Shown here piece after piece: positions 1 through 8,402 of a stretch of DNA of 40,088 nucleotides. Below the pieces are notes generated by a model, which saw nothing but the letters and a program-made list of their open reading frames with translations, was not told the origin of the DNA and did no database searches. The DNA is from Thermoguttaceae bacterium (GTDB lineage Bacteria > Planctomycetota > Planctomycetia > Pirellulales > Thermoguttaceae): NCBI GenBank assembly GCA_049516935.1, contig JBEKSO010000001.1, positions 1 to 40,088 of the forward strand, read 5' to 3'. Numbering within the stretch: position 1 is the first letter of the stretch; the number at the start of each line of letters is the position of its first letter. Position numbers and translations under genes: made by a program.

Positions 1-792
1 AAAATCGCCCCGCAAAAAGCGGAAAATCAACTGGAAGTCTTGCTTCTAGGTCCGCGCGCGGAAGCAGTCGACGAGGCCAACGCCCATATCAATTCAGCCG
101 AGGCCGGAGTCGCGCTTGCCCGATCGCAGCGCGACCTGCTCACGTTGCGCTCGCCGATCGACGGCGTGGTGGATCGCATCGCCTGCAAATTAGGCCAGAC
201 CCTTGCGGTGGGCACGCCCATCGGCGAGGTGGTCGACACGCGGCAGCTCAACGTCCTGGTCTGGCTTCCGGCCTTCGACGCCGCAAACATCCATATCGGC
301 CAGCAAGCCGAGGTCTATTCGGGCGATTCGCCGCAGCGGCAAAATGAAAGTTCCGAACTCGAGGCGGTTTCCGGCAAGGTGAGCTTTGTCGGCCATGTAG
401 TCGACCCGCAAACCGGCAGCCTGCCCATCCGCGTGTCGATCGATAATCCCAAGTCGCGTTTCGCTCTGGGGCAAACCGTAACGGCGGCCGTTGCCGTACG
501 AGAAAAAACCGACGCCCTGGCCGTTCCCGTCGAAGCGGTCGACGACCTTGGCGCGGGACCGCAACTAAGCGTGGTCCGCGACGCGAAAACAGTCGTGCTG
601 CATCCCCGTTTGGGCATGAGGAACAAACAATGGGTCGAAATCCAGGACACTGATCTTAAGCCGGGCGAAGCGGTGATCGTCGAAGGCGGCTACAACATGC
701 CGGAAGGCACGAAGGTCTCGCTGGAAACCGCATCTAAAGCCGGCGATCAAAACAAAACCGAGCCCCACGACGGAGCCGCACCCGCGCCATGA
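1..792 (+). CDS. efflux RND transporter periplasmic adaptor subunit (MFP/HlyD family); 5' end lies outside the window
   Basis: Frame 1 is open from base 1, and the ORF track merely starts at an internal TTG at 40. The sequence looks like the C-terminal part of a membrane-fusion adaptor (LRSPIDGVVDRI, GQTVTAAV, ALAVPVEAV, VIVEGGYNMPEGTKV). The stop TGA at 790-792 overlaps the ATG of the downstream pump (ATGA). Confidence 0.8.
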   Translation, partial: KIAPQKAENQLEVLLLGPRAEAVDEANAHINSAEAGVALARSQRDLLTLRSPIDGVVDRIACKLGQTLAVGTPIGEVVDTRQLNVLVWLPAFDAANIHIGQQAEVYSGDSPQRQNESSELEAVSGKVSFVGHVVDPQTGSLPIRVSIDNPKSRFALGQTVTAAVAVREKTDALAVPVEAVDDLGAGPQLSVVRDAKTVVLHPRLGMRNKQWVEIQDTDLKPGEAVIVEGGYNMPEGTKVSLETASKAGDQNKTEPHDGAAPAP

Positions 793-3700
793 GCGAGAAT
801 CCATCACACGATCGGCAGGCTCATCCGGCTCAAGAGTCCCCTACCCCCTGCCTCTTGTCCAATGGCCCTCACCCTAACCCTCTCCCAAAGGGAGAGGGGA
901 TAGGCGGAGGGAATCTGCTCACACTGAGCAGGCCTTTTTTCGGCCTGATTCTGCTGAGCACGATCGCACTGACCGTGGCCGGAGTTTTCGCCATGCTGCA
1001 CATGCCCAGCGGCATTTATCCGGAAGTGGCCTTTCCGCGGATCGTGGTGATCGTGCAAAGCCCCGGCCTGGCGGTAAAAGACGTGGAAATCGCCGTTACC
1101 CGGCCGATCGAGGAAGCGGTAAACGTGGTGCTGGGGGTAAATCGCGTGCGCTCGAAATCGGTTCGGGGAGCGGCGGAAATTGAAATCGACTTTGTGCCCG
1201 GCACCGACATGGTTCAGGCCACCAACGACGTACGCGCACGGATGGCCGACGTGGAATCGCAGCTTCCGCCCGGCACCAGTACTATTGTCGAGCGGCAAAC
1301 ACCCTCGGTATTTCCCATTATTTCCTTCGTGGTAACCGGAGGCCGGGACCCTGCCACGTTGTATGATTACGCCTTTTACGATCTGCGGCCGCGGATCAGC
1401 CGCATCGACGACGTATCCTACGTGACTGTCCTGGGCGGCGATATTCGTGAAATTCTGGTGGAAGTCGAGCCCGAGCGATTGGCCGCCGCCGGACTATCCA
1501 TAGCCGACGTGGCCGACCGGCTGGGCAAGGAACACCGCATGAAGGCCGTGGGCCGGCTGGATCGCGGCACGCTGCAATACCAGGTGCTGGCCAACACGCA
1601 AACCCTCGATCCGCTGGACTTGAAAGACCGCGTGATAGCCCAAAAAAACGGCCAGGCGATCCGCATCCGCGACCTGGGGCGGGTCAGCATTTCACATGCC
1701 GACCGCACGGTTGCCGTCAGTTCCAACGGCAGGCAGTCGGTGGCCATAACCGTGTTCCGCCGCCTGGGCGGCAACGCGCTTACTATTTCCCGCGATTTGC
1801 AGCAGGTACTTGAAGACGCCCGCAAGTCGGCCCCTCCCGGCGTGGAAATCGTGCCGGTTTACGACCAAGGATTGCTGGTGCGCACGGCAATCGACAACGT
1901 CCGCGACGCAATACTCATCGGCGGCATGTTCAGCGTGCTTATTCTGCTCATGTTTCTCAAGAGTCCCCGGGCTACTTTGCTCGCCTCCTTGTCCATCCCG
2001 CTGAGTTTGATCATTAGTTTCCTTTTTTTAAGATTGACCGGCGACACGCTCAACCTGATGTCGCTGGGCGGGCTGGCCGTGGCCATCGGCCTGATTATCG
2101 ACGATTCGGTGGTGGTCGTGGAAAACATCGCCCGGCACCTGGCCGAAGGCCAAACCGGCGACGTGGCCATTGCCCGGGCAAGCCGCGAGATCAGCGGCGC
2201 GGTTATCGGCTCGACTTTGACCACCATCCTGGTGTTCGTGCCCCTGGCGTTTGTGCGCGGAGTGATCGGGCAGTTCTTCCAATCCTTGAGCATCGCACTG
2301 TCGATCGCTTTGTTGGTATCGATGGTCGTAAGCCTAACCCTGGTGCCAGTTTTGGCGGCGCGATATTTAACCCGCCGGCGAATGCCCACGACCGGACCGA
2401 TCTACGACAAATTGGTCAACGGCTATGAGTTCCTGCTGAGGATCGGGCTGAGATTCCCGCGCTGGACGATCGCCCTGGCCCTTATGGCCGTATTGCCGGG
2501 TTGGTGGCTGTTCGATCACGTCCAGACGGGCTTCATGCCAGCCATGGATGAGGGGGCCTTCGTGCTCGACTATTGGATGCCGGTGGGCACGTCGCTGGCC
2601 CAAACCGACAAGGTTCTTAAGCGTGTGGAAACCATCCTGCGAAACACCCCTGACGTGGCCGGATACCTGCGGCGGACCGGGGCGGAATTGGGTTTTTTTG
2701 CCACCGAGTCCTTTCGCGGCGACATACTTGTCAGTCTTAAGCCGCCGGGCCAGCGCCGCACAATGGAGGAATTATTCGACGTCTTTCGCGAGCAACTCGC
2801 CCGGGAAGTGCCCGATTTGGCCACCGTGGACTTCGTGCCCCTGGTGCAAGATCAAATCAACGACTTAAGCGGGGTGAAAAGCCCGGTCGAAGTCAAGGAC
2901 TTCGGCCCGGACCTGGCCATCGTGCGCGACCTGGCCGAGCAGGTCGGCAAGATTCTAGAACAATGGGAGCAGGAGAAAAAAGTCGCCGACGTGAATACCA
3001 ACGTGCTGCTGGGCAATCCCGACATAGTGATCCGGCCCGACAGCATTCAAACCGCCCGCGTGGGATTGTCGGCCCAAGAGGTCGAAACGCAACTCAATGC
3101 GGCCCTATATGGTCAAGTGGCAAGCACGCTGCCGCAGCAGGATCGTTTGATGAACATTCGCGTCCGCTATCCCGACTCCGTGCGATACGATCTCGACCGC
3201 CTGGCGCGCCTGCCGATCAGCCTGGCCGCCGCGCCGGCCGCATCCGATGCGTCATCGGCGGCAGCGGCCGCATCATCGGCGCAGGGCAATAATTATGTAA
3301 TCCTGGCCCAACTTGCCACGATCCAGCTAGTGCGCAGCCCCAACGAACTGTGGCGGGAAAATCAACAACCGGTAATCACGGTCTCGGCCGCGTTGGGCAC
3401 TTGGGACTTGGGCCGAGTAAACAACGAATTGCAGCGGGAATTGCCCAAAATCAAATTCCCCTACGGCTATCGTTGGGAACTGGCCGGCAATTACCGCTCG
3501 CAGCAAGAATCATTCGCCAGCCTATTTACCGTGCTGGTTGTGGCCGCCGCGATCGTGTTTTTGCTCCTGGGTTTTCAGTTTCGCAGCCTGACTTTGCCGC
3601 TTTTGATATTTCTTACCCAGCCCGTATCGCTGGCCAGCGCGATATTCGCCCTGTGGATCACCGGAACGCCGCTTAACGTCTCCTCGTTCATGGGGGCGAT

Positions 3701-4007
3701 CCTGCTGATCGGCCTGGACGTTAAAAACGGCATCATACTGATCGAGTACATCGGCCAGTTGCGCAAAGAAGGCCAGACCCTTAACGAAGCCTTGATCCAC
3801 GCCGGGCGAAGGCGATTCCGCCCCATTCTCATGACCAGTTTGTGCACAATTTTCGGATTGGCGCCCTTGGCATTGGGCCTCGGCCCAGGCGCGCAAATGC
3901 AGCAACCCTTGGCAATAGCGGTCATCGGCGGGTTGTTTGCGAACATGCTCTTAACCCGTCTGCTCATACCCGTGGGCTACCTGGTCCTGCAACGAAAGCC
4001 TTTGTAA
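789..4007 (+). CDS. efflux RND transporter permease subunit (AcrB/CzcA superfamily)
   Basis: 1072-aa ORF with RND hallmarks: RPFFGLILLSTIAL...GIYPEVAFPRIVVIVQSPG (TM1 into the first periplasmic loop), SLGGLAVAIGLIIDDSVVVVENI (TM4 DD proton relay), and a second-half repeat with MGAILLIGLDVKNGIILIEY. It is translationally coupled to the adaptor. The first ~45 codons are not RND-like and contain a repeat element, so the true start is uncertain. Confidence 0.9.
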   Translation: MSENPSHDRQAHPAQESPTPCLLSNGPHPNPLPKGEGIGGGNLLTLSRPFFGLILLSTIALTVAGVFAMLHMPSGIYPEVAFPRIVVIVQSPGLAVKDVEIAVTRPIEEAVNVVLGVNRVRSKSVRGAAEIEIDFVPGTDMVQATNDVRARMADVESQLPPGTSTIVERQTPSVFPIISFVVTGGRDPATLYDYAFYDLRPRISRIDDVSYVTVLGGDIREILVEVEPERLAAAGLSIADVADRLGKEHRMKAVGRLDRGTLQYQVLANTQTLDPLDLKDRVIAQKNGQAIRIRDLGRVSISHADRTVAVSSNGRQSVAITVFRRLGGNALTISRDLQQVLEDARKSAPPGVEIVPVYDQGLLVRTAIDNVRDAILIGGMFSVLILLMFLKSPRATLLASLSIPLSLIISFLFLRLTGDTLNLMSLGGLAVAIGLIIDDSVVVVENIARHLAEGQTGDVAIARASREISGAVIGSTLTTILVFVPLAFVRGVIGQFFQSLSIALSIALLVSMVVSLTLVPVLAARYLTRRRMPTTGPIYDKLVNGYEFLLRIGLRFPRWTIALALMAVLPGWWLFDHVQTGFMPAMDEGAFVLDYWMPVGTSLAQTDKVLKRVETILRNTPDVAGYLRRTGAELGFFATESFRGDILVSLKPPGQRRTMEELFDVFREQLAREVPDLATVDFVPLVQDQINDLSGVKSPVEVKDFGPDLAIVRDLAEQVGKILEQWEQEKKVADVNTNVLLGNPDIVIRPDSIQTARVGLSAQEVETQLNAALYGQVASTLPQQDRLMNIRVRYPDSVRYDLDRLARLPISLAAAPAASDASSAAAAASSAQGNNYVILAQLATIQLVRSPNELWRENQQPVITVSAALGTWDLGRVNNELQRELPKIKFPYGYRWELAGNYRSQQESFASLFTVLVVAAAIVFLLLGFQFRSLTLPLLIFLTQPVSLASAIFALWITGTPLNVSSFMGAILLIGLDVKNGIILIEYIGQLRKEGQTLNEALIHAGRRRFRPILMTSLCTIFGLAPLALGLGPGAQMQQPLAIAVIGGLFANMLLTRLLIPVGYLVLQRKPL
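866..900. repeat. partial copy of the family-C element (CCCTCACCCTAACCCTCTCCCAAAGGGAGAGGGGA) inside the RND pump 5' coding region
   Basis: 35/35 nt identical to 4205-4239. It contains the hairpin CCCTCTCCC-AAA-GGGAGAGGG (878-898) and encodes ...GPHPNPLPKGEGIGG... in the pump ORF. Confidence 0.85.
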
Positions 4008-4015
4008 TCCCGTGA

Positions 4016-4053
4016 CGGGCGCCAACGGTCGCCATCGGGCGCCGACAGGGCGC
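4016..4053. repeat. four phased GG(G/T)CGCC motifs with a 10-11 bp period
   Basis: GGGCGCC at 4016, GGTCGCC at 4026, GGGCGCC at 4036 and GGGCGCC at 4047, immediately after the pump stop codon. Confidence 0.6.
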
Positions 4054-4086
4054 CACGCGCAGCATGGTCGGATGCGGCTTTGTAAA

Positions 4087-4132
4087 TAATTACTTTTCCG
4101 CTTTTGCGCGACCACTGGTCGCGGCTTTACAT
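4087..4132. repeat. 46-nt direct repeat, copy 1 (TAATTACTTTTCCGCTTTTGCGCGACCACTGGTCGCGGCTTTACAT)
   Basis: About 41/46 identical to 4257-4302. It contains the hairpin CGCGACC-ACT-GGTCGCG. Confidence 0.8.
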
Positions 4133-4134
4133 TT

Positions 4135-4256
4135 AGAGCCTATCCCAAAACATCAAACTTCAATCACAGCAAGAGATTAGAACTACGAATTCACGGCGAT
4201 TAAACCCTCACCCTAACCCTCTCCCAAAGGGAGAGGGGATTTTTGGGATAGGCTCT
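4135..4256. repeat. family-C MITE-like element, complete copy
   Basis: Perfect 16-nt terminal inverted repeats, AGAGCCTATCCCAAAA (4135-4150) and TTTTGGGATAGGCTCT (4241-4256). Internal hairpin CCCTCTCCC-AAA-GGGAGAGGG at 4217-4237. No ORF. Confidence 0.75.
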
Positions 4257-4302
4257 TAATTACTTTTCCGCTTTTGCACGACCGCTGGTCGCGGGTTTCC
4301 AT
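4257..4302. repeat. 46-nt direct repeat, copy 2
   Basis: TAATTACTTTTCCGCTTTTGCACGACCGCTGGTCGCGGGTTTCCAT. It abuts the right end of the family-C element, mirroring copy 1, which lies 2 nt before the left end. Confidence 0.8.
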
Positions 4303-4327
4303 GTAAACATTTATTGTCCCGGTTTGT

Positions 4328-5038
4328 TCACTCTTTTTCGTGCGGGGCGTTGACTGCCTCGTGTAGAGCTCTGCGGGCGATTTCCGCCAAAATAACGGCC
4401 ACTGCAAGCATCGACGCCAGCCCCAAGCATAAGAGGATTTGCTTTCCGATTCCGGCGTCGATTTTGCCGGCGACCAGGTCGGAAAGATTCTTGGCGTTGG
4501 AACCGAGGTAAGCCCAGACCACGATTTCCGGGAGCCTGCCAAGCCAGGTTGCCACAACATATCTATGCAAGGAAACTTTGGTCAGCCCGAACACGTAACT
4601 CATCAGATCGTAAGGAAATAAGGAGCAAAGCCGAGTTAAAAGCACGATTTTGAATCCTTCCCGCCCAATTGCACGGTCGACGGCAAAAAAGCGGGGATGG
4701 GTCATCAAGCGGCGTTCGAGCCACTGCCTGCCGATTGCGCGGCTGATAAGAAACGCGGCCGCGGCCCCCAAGGTCGCGCCCAGGGATGCCGCTGCGATTC
4801 CCTTTGCCGTCCCGAACATGAACCCGCCGGCCAAAGTCAACGCCGATCCGGGCAGAAAAAGCAGGCAGACAATCACATAAAAAGCGACGAACAAGACAAG
4901 TCCCCAAGGCCCCAGAGCCCGGATCCATTCCAGAACCCATTCGATGTCCCGTTGGACCGGCAAAAAAAACAGGGTCGCAACGATTGCCGCAAGCAGCAGC
5001 GCCGCAAAACCGATTCGAAATGCAACGGCCAGTTTCAT
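4328..5038 (-). CDS. TVP38/TMEM64 (DedA/SNARE-associated) family membrane protein
   Basis: A multi-TM protein with family-typical segments LFLPGSALTLAGGFMFG, LISRAIGRQWLERRL and LLTRLCSLFPYDLMSYVFGLT. The ORF-track start at 5062 is TTG, so I prefer the ATG at 5038 (MKLAVAF...). Confidence 0.75.
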   Translation of the reverse strand: MKLAVAFRIGFAALLLAAIVATLFFLPVQRDIEWVLEWIRALGPWGLVLFVAFYVIVCLLFLPGSALTLAGGFMFGTAKGIAAASLGATLGAAAAFLISRAIGRQWLERRLMTHPRFFAVDRAIGREGFKIVLLTRLCSLFPYDLMSYVFGLTKVSLHRYVVATWLGRLPEIVVWAYLGSNAKNLSDLVAGKIDAGIGKQILLCLGLASMLAVAVILAEIARRALHEAVNAPHEKE

Positions 5039-5077
5039 GAGAGCATACTCGATGGTCGTCAACTGTTCATGATCCGG

Positions 5078-5168
5078 AATGTGGCAGGCACACTCCGCCT
5101 GCCGTTTTGGCGTTTTTTTGGCAACTTTTCCAGCGCGCGGACGTCACATGGAGTGTGCCTGCCACATT
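5078..5168. repeat. family-A inverted-repeat element (copy A1)
   Basis: AATGTGGCAGGCACACTCC (5078-5096) and its exact reverse complement (5150-5168) flank a 53-nt spacer. It is intergenic, lying upstream of the TVP38-like gene and just downstream of the regulator gene. Confidence 0.85.
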
Positions 5169-5196
5169 ATATCAGAAAAACCGTGAGCAATAACCA

Positions 5197-6369
5197 TCAT
5201 CGATTGCGGACATGATTGCGGAATCTGGCCGGGGTCATGGCGAATGCCTTGTGAAAGACGACAGCCATATAGCTTGGGCTGTTGTAGCCCGCCGCCTTGG
5301 CTACTTTGGGCAAGGACAGGTCGGTTTCCAGCAACAGTCTTTTTGCCCGTTCCAGGTGGGCTTGTTGAATTTTTTCGTTCATCGATTTGCCGATGGCGCG
5401 ACGGAAGCGGATTTCCAAGGTTCGCCGCGAGACGCCCAAGGTGTCGACGATCTCCTTTACCTGGATGGGCCGGCCGGCATTCTCGTGGATGAATTGCAGG
5501 GCATGCGCCACCTCAACGTCTTCCAGGGCCACTATGTCCGTGGATCTGCGGGTGACTACTTGCAGGGGTTCGACCACGATCCGCTCCTGTCCTGTTGCCC
5601 GGCCGGACATCAACCGATCGAGCAAGGCCGCCGCCTCGAAACCGCCGTGTTCGGCGTTCAGGGCCACGCTGGACAGGGGCGGATTGGCCAATTCGCACAA
5701 GAGCGAGTCGTTGTCCACGCCGATGACGGCGACTTCTTCGGGCACGCCGACCTTGGCGGCCCGGCAGGCCTCGAGCACGTCCCTGCCCCGGTCGTCGTTG
5801 CAGGCCATCAGCCCGATCGGTTTCGGCAGGCTGCGCAGCCAATCGGCCATGAATTTTTGTTCCCGCCCCCATTCCCGGTCGTGCTTCCTTTTTGGCGGAT
5901 CGTAAATGTGCGGATTATAACCGGCTTGCTGAATGTGTTTGACAAAGCTATTGCGCCGTCGCACCGACCAAACCTTGCCGGCGATGCCGACAAAGGCGTA
6001 GTGGGGAAATCCCCTTTCCAACAAATGGTTCGCCGCCAATTGAGCGGCATGATAAGAGTCGGAGATTATCTCGCAGACTTTCGACAAGGGACTGTTTGCC
6101 GCCAGTTGTTTTTCGGAGAGGTCCATGGCCACCAGGGGCAATCCGCTGGCTAGAATGGCATTGCTGACTTTCGCGTTTGCAATGCGGGCGATAATGCCCG
6201 TCCCGCCCCATTGCTCCATTTTGGGCAAGGCCTGCTCAAAATCGCCGGGCGTAATGTAAAACGCCCACGGTCCGTGAAGCCGCGCATAACGCACTATTCC
6301 CCGCAACACTCCGCGCCCGTATTCTCGGGATGTTTCGATCAATAAGGCGACTTTAGGCACTCCGCTCAT
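5197..6369 (-). CDS. XylR-type transcriptional regulator (periplasmic-binding-protein-like sugar-sensor domain + C-terminal AraC-family HTH)
   Basis: The 390-aa N-terminal ~270 aa resemble a LacI/PBP type-I fold (VALLIETSREYGRGVLRGI, GLMACNDDRGRDVLEA, VAVIGVDND). The C-terminus is a canonical AraC HTH pair (IQVKEIVDTLGVSRRTLEIRFRR...LPKVAKAAGYNSPSYMAVVFHKAFAMTPARFR). Confidence 0.8.
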   Translation of the reverse strand: MSGVPKVALLIETSREYGRGVLRGIVRYARLHGPWAFYITPGDFEQALPKMEQWGGTGIIARIANAKVSNAILASGLPLVAMDLSEKQLAANSPLSKVCEIISDSYHAAQLAANHLLERGFPHYAFVGIAGKVWSVRRRNSFVKHIQQAGYNPHIYDPPKRKHDREWGREQKFMADWLRSLPKPIGLMACNDDRGRDVLEACRAAKVGVPEEVAVIGVDNDSLLCELANPPLSSVALNAEHGGFEAAALLDRLMSGRATGQERIVVEPLQVVTRRSTDIVALEDVEVAHALQFIHENAGRPIQVKEIVDTLGVSRRTLEIRFRRAIGKSMNEKIQQAHLERAKRLLLETDLSLPKVAKAAGYNSPSYMAVVFHKAFAMTPARFRNHVRNR

Positions 6370-6761
6370 GTTTTTACCCGTCTTTTATTGATTGTTGAAT
6401 GGCGACTGTCCTGATTTTCGCTTCAACGAAAATGGGACTGCCCCCTTTGCCGCTTATTATGTTTTTAATTTTAATTCGCGGCCTCGGCTTAAATAAATAG
6501 ATGTTGCGCTTTATTGAATTATTATTGCGCAATATTCTATCGACTAGTGCCCCTCTTTGGGATATGATCTTATGAATGAGAGGCTAAGCGCCGAATAATA
6601 CGCGTTCTAATTTAATTCAGCGCGTCCGTTATCAATAACCAGCGTGTTTTCGCGTAGCGTAAACACGTGGTGGATTATTGTTTAAGTTGATATTGGCATA
6701 AAATATTTTTTTCGTTCGTCGCCGGTAAAAAACTCGTTCATAATGCGGCCGATGTTTGTTA

Positions 6762-6896
6762 AGAGCCTATCCAAAAATGTAGACTCAGATGTTAGATACG
6801 AGTTAAAAAGCTATAACTATCGGCGATTCGGCCGCAACCCCAGCCCTTTTCGTGTACTGCGCAACTATCGGGAGAGGGGAGTTTGTGGATAAGCAT
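6762..6896. repeat. family-C MITE-like element, degenerate copy
   Basis: AGAGCCTATCCAAAAA (6762-6777) ... CGGCGATT ... GGGAGAGGGGAGTTTGTGGATAAGC (6870-6894). It has the same order of blocks as 4135-4256, but the termini are mutated and the left half of the inner hairpin is lost. Confidence 0.6.
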
Positions 6897-7133
6897 TAAA
6901 TCAGTTCACCGCAGCGATAATTTAATGCTGATATCACCGTGGTGTGGAATTGTTGCCAATTTTAGATTCTTTTGAGTTACAGGTTATAACCTGAAGTAGT
7001 TAATGCAAATCGACCTCTTACCGCCGAATGCACGTCGTTCGATGATCATTTGGCCGTAAGTCATGTTGTTTACGGAAGTCTGTACATTCAGGGAAGCATG
7101 TACATTATTAAGGAAGAAAGAGCGAATATTTCC

Positions 7134-8357
7134 ATGAAACTTTTCACAAATTCCCAGCAGCTGGCAGCCCAGGCTCTCGAACCTGGGCGGCTTTGCCGCA
7201 AGAAAAGGAACGGGAATCGTCAAGCCGTGCGAAATACTCTTGGGACTTCGTCCCGCCGGTTCAAGGACCGGCGCTGCCCGGCTTTCACGCTTGTGGAATT
7301 GTTGGTAGTCATCGCGATTATCGGGATCTTGATCTCGTTGCTGTTGCCGGCCATCCAAAGCGCGCGCGAGGCGGCCCGCAACTCGGAGTGCATCAACCAC
7401 CTCAGGCAGATCGGCATGGCGGTGCAAACCCATGTAAACGAGCAGAAGAATTTTCCCACCGGCGGCTGGGGATGTTGGTGGGTGGGCGATGCGGATCTGG
7501 GTTACGGACGCAAGCAACCGGGCGGGTTCTTTTACAATATTCTTCCGTTCATGGAATATAAAAGCATCCATGACATGTCCAAGGGCGTTCCACAAGGTGC
7601 GGCTGCAATGAATGGGGCAAAACAAGAGAATAGCATACCCATACCCGAATTTAGTTGTCCCAGCCGTCGCCCGCCCGTGCTTAATCCTGCAATTGATGTT
7701 TATCAGCAATCACTTACTGGCATAGTTAATTGTGCCCCATTCACCCCGGGGGTGGACTCATTATTTCATTCCGACTATAAATGCAACGCCGGTCCAAGAG
7801 GTCCTGTTACTGATGCCACTATGCAATGGTTTAAAGGTCCGCTTAGTTGGAATGAAGGCTTAAATCCATTAGATTCTTCAGGTAAGCCTTTATCATGGTA
7901 TGCTACATGGATAAACATCGATGCTAAAATGTATGGCATTTGCTACGAAAGAAGTTATGTCACAATTAAAGATGTTGTCGACGGGACCGCGCATACCTAT
8001 CTAGCCGGCGAAAAATTCATGGACCCTGATACCTACTACAGCGGTAAAGACGGCTCCGATGACTCGCCTATAATGGGTGGGGATGATTTCGATTTGTGCG
8101 GGTGGACGGATCAGGCGCCGGCAAGAGATCGAAGGGGGTACGCCTATCAAAAGGCAACTCCCTTTGGCAGCGCACACCGTTCCACTTTTAATATGGTAAT
8201 GTGCGATGGCTCTGTCAGCTCCGTATCTTACGATATTGTATATGATGGAACAAATGTTGATAAAAGACTATTTGAAAGGACTTCTTGCAGAAACGACCGG
8301 GCTTATCTCAATAGTCTCAAAAGCCCGACCAATCCAAACCCGGATTTTCCCAAGTAA
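7134..8357 (+). CDS. DUF1559 domain protein with prepilin-type N-terminal cleavage/methylation helix and H-X9-DG motif
   Basis: FTLVELLVVIAIIGILISLLLPAIQSAREAARNSECINHLRQIG is the classic type-IV-pilin-like N-terminus. Near the C-terminus, HRSTFNMVMCDG fits H-X9-DG exactly. The start is ambiguous: the ORF track gives 7050, there is an ATG at 7134 after AAGGAAG, and an in-frame GTG at 7227 would give a more typical short leader. Confidence 0.85.
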   Translation: MKLFTNSQQLAAQALEPGRLCRKKRNGNRQAVRNTLGTSSRRFKDRRCPAFTLVELLVVIAIIGILISLLLPAIQSAREAARNSECINHLRQIGMAVQTHVNEQKNFPTGGWGCWWVGDADLGYGRKQPGGFFYNILPFMEYKSIHDMSKGVPQGAAAMNGAKQENSIPIPEFSCPSRRPPVLNPAIDVYQQSLTGIVNCAPFTPGVDSLFHSDYKCNAGPRGPVTDATMQWFKGPLSWNEGLNPLDSSGKPLSWYATWINIDAKMYGICYERSYVTIKDVVDGTAHTYLAGEKFMDPDTYYSGKDGSDDSPIMGGDDFDLCGWTDQAPARDRRGYAYQKATPFGSAHRSTFNMVMCDGSVSSVSYDIVYDGTNVDKRLFERTSCRNDRAYLNSLKSPTNPNPDFPK

Positions 8358-8402
8358 GTCGTGCAGGTGCGGCGTGGCACGATATGTAATCAAGCGGCCG
8401 GT

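Noticed and set aside
4213-4560. 115-aa minus-strand ORF ending in ...SPLPLGEG
   Set aside because: Its C-terminal part is simply the translation of the family-C repeat, and the rest is out of frame within the TVP38-like gene.
5212-6153. 313-aa plus-strand ORF, plus nested ORFs at 5244-5492, 5387-5905, 5513-5872 and others
   Set aside because: These are antisense or out-of-frame shadows of the XylR-type regulator gene and contain no recognisable domain.
6984-7709. 241-aa minus-strand ORF spanning the DUF1559 start
   Set aside because: It overlaps the strongly supported pilin-like N-terminus on the opposite strand and has no motif support.
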